A stretch of 29,596 bases of DNA, from positions 1-29,596 of the forward strand of contig CAZALZ010000013.1 of assembly GCA_964486475.1 (NCBI GenBank), read 5' to 3'. The notes under the pieces are model-generated. The model was not told the DNA's origin. It made no database searches and saw only the letters and a list, made by a program, of their open reading frames with translations. Position 1 is the stretch's first letter. Each line of letters begins with the position of its first letter. This DNA comes from an uncultured Gammaproteobacteria bacterium. GTDB lineage: Bacteria; Patescibacteriota; Patescibacteriia; Patescibacteriales; WJLG01. Shown piece by piece: positions 1-6,029 of this stretch. The translations under genes and the position numbers were made by a program.

Positions 1-381
1 GAACATTGCGGCTATCGGCCAGAAGCTTAGTTTATTTTTTTTACTGTAAATTATTATAGCCAAGAGAGCGCCTATTATTCCTCCATGGATGGCTAACCCG
101 CCTTGCCAAATTTTTAAAACATCCAAGGGATTTGAGACATAATAGCTCCATTCCAGGAGTATATGGTAAAATCTGGCTCCGATTATGCCGCAAATTATCA
201 TCCAAAAAGCTAAATCAAAAGCGTCGTCCGGCTTGATGTTGAAATATTTAGCAATTTTCAAGGAAACGGCCAAACCGGCGGCTATCCCGATAACGATAAA
301 AATTCCATACCAATAAACATTGACAGCTCCAATTGATATTGACAGCGCCGCTGGTTGAAAGTTGTGTAAAAAATTAAACAT
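1..381 (-). CDS. lgt: prolipoprotein diacylglyceryl transferase, N-terminal 127 codons (3' end runs off the window)
   Basis: Not in the ORF track because no stop lies in the window. Reverse-strand ATG at 381..379 stays open to base 1. Translation MFNFLHNFQPAALSISIGAVNVYWYGIFIVIGIAAGLAV...GARFYHILLEW...LKIWQGGLAIHGGIIGALLA carries the Lgt hallmarks (WYG, G-R-Y, W-GG-x-HGG). Confidence 0.8.
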   Translation of the reverse strand, partial: MFNFLHNFQPAALSISIGAVNVYWYGIFIVIGIAAGLAVSLKIAKYFNIKPDDAFDLAFWMIICGIIGARFYHILLEWSYYVSNPLDVLKIWQGGLAIHGGIIGALLAIIIYSKKNKLSFWPIAAMF

Positions 382-473
382 ATTGATTGAGCTTGTTTTA
401 TTAGCTTATATTGTTATTTTGCGGGTTTCTCGGCCGGAAGTCAACATTGTTATTATTATTTTTGACTTTTTTA

Positions 474-501
474 TTGAAAAATGAGATGATTTTCTTATAA
501 A
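474..501 (+). promoter_or_regulatory. candidate sigma70-like promoter for alaS (TTGAAA-16 nt-TATAAA)
   Basis: TTGAAA at 474-479, TATAAA at 496-501, 16-nt spacer, about 30 nt before the alaS ATG. The region is AT-rich, so a chance match is possible. Confidence 0.3.
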
Positions 502-531
502 ATTAAGCTAAACTGCTAAAATAACAATAAT

Positions 532-2397
532 ATGCACTCAGGAGAGATTAGAAAAAAGTATTTGGAATTTTTTAAATCAAGGGGTCATGCGATAATTCCC
601 AGCGCTTCTTTGTTGCCGGAGAACGATTCTTCCACGCTTTTTATCAGTTCCGGCATGCAGCCTTTAGTTCCTTATTTAATGGGAGAAAGACATCCGGCCG
701 GAGTTCGTTTGGCTGATTCCCAAAAATCATTTCGCGCCGAAGATATTGATGAAGTCGGCGATCACCGGCACACGACTTTTTTTGAGATGCTCGGCAATTG
801 GTCTTTGGGAGATTATTTCAAACAGGACCAACTGTTTTGGATTTATGAATTTATGGTGAAAGAAGTCGGTTTGGACCCGAAAAAGCTGTATGCGACCGTT
901 TTCCGCGGCGACGAAAAAATAGGCGTTCCGAGAGATTCTGATTCAGTCGGGTATTTAAAAGAAATTTTTTCTTCTTTCGGTATTGAAGCGAAAGATATTG
1001 ATTTTTCAGAGAGAGACGGTTTGCAAGGCGGAAGGATTTTTTATTATCCGGCGAAAAAGAATTGGTGGTCCCGTTCCGGTTCACCGGAGAAAATGCCGGT
1101 CGGAGAGATCGGCGGTCCGGATAGCGAGATTTTTTACGATTTGGGAGCTGATCTGAAAAAGCATGAAAATTCGATTTATAAAGATCAGCCTTGTCATGTT
1201 AATTGCGATTGCGGCCGTTTTGTGGAAATAGGAAACAGCGTTTTTACTGAGTTCAGGCGAACGGAAAACGGTTTTGAAAAATTAAAACAGCATAATGTTG
1301 ATTTCGGCGGTGGGCTGGAAAGATTCGCAATGGCCTCCCAAGGATTTGATAATATTTTCGAAACTGACCTTTTTATTAACAACATCAAAAAGATAGAAGA
1401 GCTTAGCGGCAAAAAATATAAGGGTAATTACCGACTTTTTGAAATAATTGCCGATCATTTGCGCGCCGCCGTTTTTATAATGGGCGACGACAAAGGAGTT
1501 TCGCCGAGCAATTCCGGGCAAGGCTATGTGGTGCGGCGCTTGGTTCGCCGCGCTATAAATTACGGAAGAAATTTGGGAATAACTTCGGAATCATGGATAA
1601 CTAAAATTGCGGAAACAATTATAAATGATTATGCTGATATCTATCCAGAATTGGGGCGGAATAATGATTTTGTTTTGAACGGTTTGAAAGAAGAAGAGGA
1701 AAAATTCAACCGTACTTTAGAAAAAGGCTTGAAAGAATTTGAGAAATTGGAATCACAGAAAAAGATCAGCGGGCAAGAAGCGTTTAATTTGTTTCAGACC
1801 TACGGTTTTCCGATTGAGATGACGGCAGAATTGGCTTCAGCTAAAGGTTTGTCCGTCGACATGGAAGGATTTAAACAAGAGTCGGCTAAGCATCAAGAAC
1901 TTTCGCGGACAGCTTCGGCCGGAATGTTCAAAGGCGGTTTAGCCGATTCTGGCGTTGAAACAACACGTTTGCATACGGCGGCTCATTTGATGCTTTGCGC
2001 CTTAAGGAAAATTTTGGGCGGCGATGTTTACCAAAAAGGAAGCAATATCACGGCGGAACGTTTGCGTTTCGACTTCACTGCCAAAGAAAAAATGACCTCC
2101 GAACAAATCAAACAAACCGAAGATATGGTAAACGATTTGATCAAAAAAGATTTGCCGGTTGTTTGCGAAGAAATGCCGTTGGAGAAAGCGCGCGAAATCG
2201 GAGCAATGGGCGTCTTTGAATCAAAATACGGCGAGAAGGTCAAAGTCTATACTATCGGAACGGGAGATGATGTTTGCAGTTGCGAGATTTGCGGCGGTCC
2301 CCATGTTGAGCGGACAAGCGAACTCGGGTGTTTTAAAATTATTAAGGAAGAATCTTCCGGCGCCGGAGTCCGGAGAATAAAAGCGATTTTAGAATAG
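532..2397 (+). CDS. alaS: alanine--tRNA ligase, short form (621 aa) ending at the editing domain
   Basis: N-terminus MHSGEIRKKYLEFFKSRGHAIIPSASLLP plus FTNSGM-like SSGMQP and the LERFA motif. The editing-domain end CGGPHVERTSELGCFKIIKEESSGAGVRRIKAILE is followed directly by a stop. Confidence 0.93.
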   Translation: MHSGEIRKKYLEFFKSRGHAIIPSASLLPENDSSTLFISSGMQPLVPYLMGERHPAGVRLADSQKSFRAEDIDEVGDHRHTTFFEMLGNWSLGDYFKQDQLFWIYEFMVKEVGLDPKKLYATVFRGDEKIGVPRDSDSVGYLKEIFSSFGIEAKDIDFSERDGLQGGRIFYYPAKKNWWSRSGSPEKMPVGEIGGPDSEIFYDLGADLKKHENSIYKDQPCHVNCDCGRFVEIGNSVFTEFRRTENGFEKLKQHNVDFGGGLERFAMASQGFDNIFETDLFINNIKKIEELSGKKYKGNYRLFEIIADHLRAAVFIMGDDKGVSPSNSGQGYVVRRLVRRAINYGRNLGITSESWITKIAETIINDYADIYPELGRNNDFVLNGLKEEEEKFNRTLEKGLKEFEKLESQKKISGQEAFNLFQTYGFPIEMTAELASAKGLSVDMEGFKQESAKHQELSRTASAGMFKGGLADSGVETTRLHTAAHLMLCALRKILGGDVYQKGSNITAERLRFDFTAKEKMTSEQIKQTEDMVNDLIKKDLPVVCEEMPLEKAREIGAMGVFESKYGEKVKVYTIGTGDDVCSCEICGGPHVERTSELGCFKIIKEESSGAGVRRIKAILE

Positions 2398-2403
2398 TTT
2401 TTT

Positions 2404-2430
2404 AAAAGCGGTCCCAGCGGCCGCTTTTTT
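2404..2430 (+). terminator. rho-independent terminator after alaS
   Basis: AAAGCGG-tcccagcgg-CCGCTTTTTT sits 7 nt after the alaS stop. Confidence 0.6.
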
Positions 2431-2473
2431 GAAAATATTCCACAAAACCGGCAATCGTGATATTATAAAACAT

Positions 2474-3562
2474 ATGAATTTAAATGATTTAAAACAAATT
2501 AAAAAGCTGGATCCGGGCTGTTTGGCCGAATCTTTGGCTTTGCTGCCGGAGCAGATAAAGAGCGTTCGTTCTGAAGCTGAAAAAATAAAATTTCCAGCTG
2601 ACTATGCCGAAATTGACGAAGTTGTTGTTTTTGGCATGGGCGGATCAAATCTCAGCGCCAGAATTATCTCTTCGCTTTTTAAGGATGAATTAAAAGTGCC
2701 GCTGATTATCGCTCCCGGTTATGATGTTCCGGGTTTTGTTGATAAAAAAACTCTTTGCATTTTGTCTTCTTATTCCGGCAACACCGAAGAAACTTTGTCT
2801 GTTTTGCCGGAAATAAAGAAGAGAAAAGTAAAGATTGTCGCGATCGGTGCGTCTTTGAAAGACAGCCTTTTGAAAGAGTCGGCTGAGAAGGATAAAATTC
2901 CAGGTTTGTTTTTTGATTCTTCCGCCAACTATTCAAACCAGCCCCGCGCCGGTTTGGGATATTCTTTGTTCGGATTGCTGTCGATATTGTTGAAGATTAA
3001 GGTTTTAAAAATAAGTTCGGCGGAAATGGATTCAGCCGCCAAAAAAGCGCAAGAGGCGTCCGTATCTTTTGATACAGAGGCCAAAAACAATAAAGCTAAA
3101 GTTTTGGCGGAGAAAATTTCCGGTCAAGGTGTTGTTATTTTGGGCGGAGATTTATTGGAAGGAAGTTTCCACGCCTTAAGAAATCAAATCAATGAGAATG
3201 GCAAAAATTTTTCCACTTATTTGGTTCTGCCGGAAATGAATCATTATGCCTTGGAAGGATTGTCCTTTCCGGCGGCAATCAAAAAGGAATTGATATTTTT
3301 GGCGTTTAATTCTGATTTGTATAATAGCCGCATAAAACAAAGACTTGAATTGACCAAAAAGGTCATAAAGAAAAACGGTTTTCGTCTGGTTGAATATTCT
3401 TTGTCCGGCAGGAATAAATTGGAGCAAGCGGCGGAGATGCTGGCGTTCGGCGGCTGGCTTACTTTTTATCTGGGGATTTTAAACGGTGTTAATCCGTCGC
3501 TGATACCTTGGGTTGATTGGTTCAAAAAAGAATTGAAAAAGAATAAAAAAACCGGCAATTAA
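2474..3562 (+). CDS. SIS-domain bifunctional phosphoglucose/phosphomannose isomerase-like protein
   Basis: GMGGSNLSA and SSYSGNTEETLS SIS motifs, about 360 aa. Start moved to ATG 2474 (MNLNDLKQ...) because the track start at 2429 lies inside the alaS terminator. Confidence 0.65.
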   Translation: MNLNDLKQIKKLDPGCLAESLALLPEQIKSVRSEAEKIKFPADYAEIDEVVVFGMGGSNLSARIISSLFKDELKVPLIIAPGYDVPGFVDKKTLCILSSYSGNTEETLSVLPEIKKRKVKIVAIGASLKDSLLKESAEKDKIPGLFFDSSANYSNQPRAGLGYSLFGLLSILLKIKVLKISSAEMDSAAKKAQEASVSFDTEAKNNKAKVLAEKISGQGVVILGGDLLEGSFHALRNQINENGKNFSTYLVLPEMNHYALEGLSFPAAIKKELIFLAFNSDLYNSRIKQRLELTKKVIKKNGFRLVEYSLSGRNKLEQAAEMLAFGGWLTFYLGILNGVNPSLIPWVDWFKKELKKNKKTGN

Positions 3563-3575
3563 GCCGGATTTTTAC
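3552..3575 (+). terminator. rho-independent terminator after the PGI/PMI gene
   Basis: CCGGC-aattaa-GCCGG followed by ATTTTT. It overlaps the stop codon region. Confidence 0.6.
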
Positions 3576-3650
3576 TGGTAGTCCCTATGGGAGTCGAACC
3601 CATCTTTTCAGGATGAAAACCTGATGTCCTAACCGATAGACGAAGGGACC
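3576..3650 (-). tRNA. tRNA-Glu (anticodon UUC), CCA encoded
   Basis: The reverse complement is GGTCCCTTCGTCTATCGGTTAGGACATCAGGTTTTCATCCTGAAAAGATGGGTTCGACTCCCATAGGGACTACCA. Acceptor GGTCCCT/AGGGACT. Anticodon stem TCAGG/CCTGA with loop TTTTCAT gives TTC. T-loop GGTTCGACTCC. Confidence 0.9.
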
Positions 3651-3672
3651 GCTTTGCGATTATTGATTTACG

Positions 3673-3688
3673 TCCGCCAGCCGGCGGA
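3673..3688. repeat. GC mini-hairpin TCCGCC-agcc-GGCGGA (first of three related copies)
   Basis: Perfect 6-bp arms. Related hairpins: GTCCGCC-caa-GGCGGAC at 4017-4033 and CCGCCC-a-GGGCGG at 4970-4982. Confidence 0.5.
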
Positions 3689-3712
3689 TTTGAATTGCGA
3701 TTTAGTTTCTAT

Positions 3713-3747
3713 AAAATAAAATCAGCCTTGAGCTGGATTTTATTTTT
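3713..3747. other. terminator-like AT-rich hairpin between divergent tRNA-Glu and tsaD
   Basis: AAAATAAAATCAGC-cttga-GCTGgATTTTATTTT is a 14-bp stem with one bulge, then a T run. No upstream gene on either strand needs terminating here. Confidence 0.35.
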
Positions 3748-3793
3748 AAACTATGATAATAATATAAATGATAATTTAATATTAGTCAATAGT

Positions 3794-4855
3794 ATGATAA
3801 TTTTAGGGATAGAAACAAGTTGCGATGAGACAGCCGCCAGTGTGGTTGATGGTAAAGGAAATAGCGTTAAAGTGCTTTCCAATGTGGTTTCTTCGCAGAT
3901 AGAAATTCATAAAAAATATAATGGCGTGGTGCCGGAAATAGCGGCGCGCGAACATGTTTTAAATATTTTGCCGGTTGTGAATGAGGCTTTGCTTAAAGCC
4001 GGTATAAACCCTCCCCGTCCGCCCAAGGCGGACACCTCTCCAAAGAGGGGAATTAAATTAGACGCTATTGCAATAACGGCCGGACCGGGGTTGATAACTT
4101 CGCTTTTAGTCGGCGTGGAAACCGCCAAGACTTTGGCGTATTCCTGGAATTTGCCTTTAATCGGCGTCAACCATATAGAGGGCCACATCCGCGCGAATTT
4201 TATAAACAACGACGAAAAGATAAAATTGCCGGCGATAATTCTGACTGTTTCCGGCGGACACACGATGCTGGTTTTGATGGATAAAAAAAATAAATTCAAA
4301 ATTATCGGCGAGACGCGCGACGATGCGGCCGGCGAAGCTTTTGATAAAGCGGCTAAGCTTTTGAATCTCGGTTATCCGGGCGGGCCGATAGTTTCTAAAA
4401 CAGCTAAAGAGTTTAATTCTGCTCCGAGAGAAGATATAAAACTGCCGCGGCCGATGTTAAATGACAAAAATTTTGACTTTTCTTTTTCTGGTCTTAAAAC
4501 TGCCCTGCTTTATAAAATAAAAAAAGATGATAGTTGGCAAAAGCGCGTGCCGGAATATTGTTATGAATTTGAGCGCGCGGTTGTAGAAACTTTGGTCGGG
4601 AAAATGATCAAAGCGGCGAAAAAATATCAGGCCAAAACCGTAATGCTTTCCGGCGGCGTGTCGGCCAATTCGGTTTTACGGGAAGAATTTATCAAGGCGG
4701 CTGAGAAAGAAAAATTAAATTATCATATTCCAGAATTGCAATACACGACCGATAATGCCGCCATGATCGCCGCGGCCGGATATTTCCGCGCGAAAGAAAA
4801 AAAGTTCACGCCCTGGAAAAATATCAAAGCTGACTGCAATTTAGAGCTTAAATAA
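3794..4855 (+). CDS. tsaD: tRNA N6-adenosine threonylcarbamoyltransferase TsaD
   Basis: MIILGIETSCDETAASVV, TAGPGL, NHIEGH, DDAAGEAFDKAAKLL, GLDFSFSGLKT-like and GGVSAN motifs. Start set at ATG 3794; the track extension (3695) has no homology-like content. Confidence 0.92.
   Translation: MIILGIETSCDETAASVVDGKGNSVKVLSNVVSSQIEIHKKYNGVVPEIAAREHVLNILPVVNEALLKAGINPPRPPKADTSPKRGIKLDAIAITAGPGLITSLLVGVETAKTLAYSWNLPLIGVNHIEGHIRANFINNDEKIKLPAIILTVSGGHTMLVLMDKKNKFKIIGETRDDAAGEAFDKAAKLLNLGYPGGPIVSKTAKEFNSAPREDIKLPRPMLNDKNFDFSFSGLKTALLYKIKKDDSWQKRVPEYCYEFERAVVETLVGKMIKAAKKYQAKTVMLSGGVSANSVLREEFIKAAEKEKLNYHIPELQYTTDNAAMIAAAGYFRAKEKKFTPWKNIKADCNLELK
4008..4054 (+). repeat. palindromic repeat element copy A, in frame inside tsaD
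   Basis: CCCTCCCC-GTCCGCC-caa-GGCGGAC-a-CCTCT-ccaa-AGAGGGGAATT. It shares the 11-mer AGAGGGGAATT with 19226-19236 and 28975-28985. It encodes NPPRPPKADTSPKRG. Confidence 0.7.
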
Positions 4856-4995
4856 TTGTCATTCCGATGCGAAGCGAGGAATCTGTAAAACCGTTTTGAA
4901 AATTACTGACGCACAATCTATTATCACAAGACAAATTTTATCGCGCGCAGGATTAAGACAGATCCTTCTCCGCCCAGGGCGGATCAGGATGACAA
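4856..4995. repeat. MITE-like element with imperfect terminal inverted repeats, each end a nested hairpin
   Basis: Left end is TTGTCATTCCGATGCGAAGCGAGGAATCTGT. The reverse complement of the right end is TTGTCATCCTGATCCGCCCTGGGCGGAGAAGGATCTGT. Left hairpin ATTCC...GGAAT (4861-4882). Right hairpin ATCCT-tct-CCGCCC-a-GGGCGG-atc-AGGAT (4962-4990). Confidence 0.55.
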
Positions 4996-5006
4996 AATAA
5001 AACAAT

Positions 5007-5207
5007 ATGCGAACAGAACCGCCATTCAATATTGAAACTTTGCCGAATCCTTACGAGATTAAACCGGTGGAAAAAATCCATCTGGTTGATAATGACCAAT
5101 TAAAAGAGGACGAAGCGGAATGGAAAAAAAGAAAAAACCAAAAGAGATCCGTTTTACCGCCGGATCCTTTCGGCGAGAAAGGAAATAAAATAGATATTTT
5201 AGGATAA
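5007..5207 (+). CDS. hypothetical small protein (66 aa)
   Basis: ORF only; no recognisable motif and no clear SD. It starts 12 nt after the MITE-like element. Confidence 0.35.
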   Translation: MRTEPPFNIETLPNPYEIKPVEKIHLVDNDQLKEDEAEWKKRKNQKRSVLPPDPFGEKGNKIDILG

Positions 5208-5239
5208 AAAAAGACAGGATCCGCTAGTGCGAGATCCTG
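5206..5239 (-). terminator. rho-independent terminator for the 5280..5924 gene (weakly bidirectional)
   Basis: CAGGATC-CGC-tagt-GCG-a-GATCCTG at 5215-5239. The A run at 5206-5212 gives a T run on the minus strand. Confidence 0.65.
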
Positions 5240-5279
5240 CTTAGTTAAGGCTGTATAATTCAACGTCTACCGTAATATT

Positions 5280-5924
5280 TTATTCCGCATGACTTTTTAT
5301 AAAATTTCTTACCTCGGGCGATATTCCACCTGTTTCATCTGCATTTTCAGCTGTCACCGAGAGTTCTTGTACTGTCGGATCAGCATCGGTTCCATTATGA
5401 AAATCAAATCTAAAGAATTCACCATTGCTATTCTGCCCCCAAAATGAATTATTGTCGATATTGTCTTGCATTACATTTTTTACTTTGCCAATCTTCTCCT
5501 CCATTTTTGATATTATTTTAACAGTCCATTCACCCTCGCTTTTTTCTGGTTCACTTGAAGATTCACTGATAAAATATATTCCTTGGTTCTCATGATGTTT
5601 TTCTTGTGCTTCAACGAGAGCTGGTGAAATTAAAGAAACGGCTACGGTGGCAATTTTTAAATAGCAATTAATTCTATTTCGAAATTTTTCTACTTTTGAA
5701 GAAATAAAATTTTTTAAATTTTCCGGCCCACCTGTTTTTTGAGATAATTTTTCAACCTCTTTTGCGATTTCTTCTTCTCCAACGCTTTCTTTTTCCATTC
5801 TTTCCGTTAATATGTCTAAAGCCTCTTCTGTTTTTGAAGTATTTTCCAGATTTTCCATTTCAGAAGTTGATTTATCCACCACTTCTCTTTTTGTTGGGTC
5901 AAATTTTTCAAATTCATTTTCCAT
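5280..5924 (-). CDS. hypothetical protein: acidic N-terminal half, one central hydrophobic segment
   Basis: 214-aa ORF with an E/K-rich N-terminus and a hydrophobic stretch IATVAVSLISPALV. No recognised family. Visibly more AT-rich than neighbouring housekeeping genes. Confidence 0.6.
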   Translation of the reverse strand: MENEFEKFDPTKREVVDKSTSEMENLENTSKTEEALDILTERMEKESVGEEEIAKEVEKLSQKTGGPENLKNFISSKVEKFRNRINCYLKIATVAVSLISPALVEAQEKHHENQGIYFISESSSEPEKSEGEWTVKIISKMEEKIGKVKNVMQDNIDNNSFWGQNSNGEFFRFDFHNGTDADPTVQELSVTAENADETGGISPEVRNFIKSHAE

Positions 5925-5989
5925 ACTTTTTGCTATTATAGGTTAATTATACTAATAGTATAGCATAACAAACGTTATTTAGTCAACCG

Positions 5990-6019
5990 AAAAGCGGCTT
6001 TTTAAAAAGAGCCGCTTTT
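5990..6019 (-). terminator. bidirectional rho-independent terminator after ppsA
   Basis: AAAAGCGGCT-ttttaaaaag-AGCCGCTTTT, a near-perfect palindrome 10 nt past the ppsA stop. Confidence 0.7.
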
Positions 6020-6029
6020 AAAATATTTT

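Noticed and set aside
382-531. T-box or other riboswitch leaders upstream of alaS, tyrS (9737-9846) and glyQS (28597-28650)
   Set aside because: The leaders are only about 50-150 nt, and I see no T-box sequence (AAUUAGGGUGGUACCGCG-like) or specifier/antiterminator architecture.
2429-2473. Upstream start of the PGI/PMI ORF
   Set aside because: It begins inside the alaS terminator stem. The ATG at 2474 is the more plausible start.
3907-4299. 130-aa ORF antisense to tsaD
   Set aside because: Nested in tsaD, which has unmistakable motifs.
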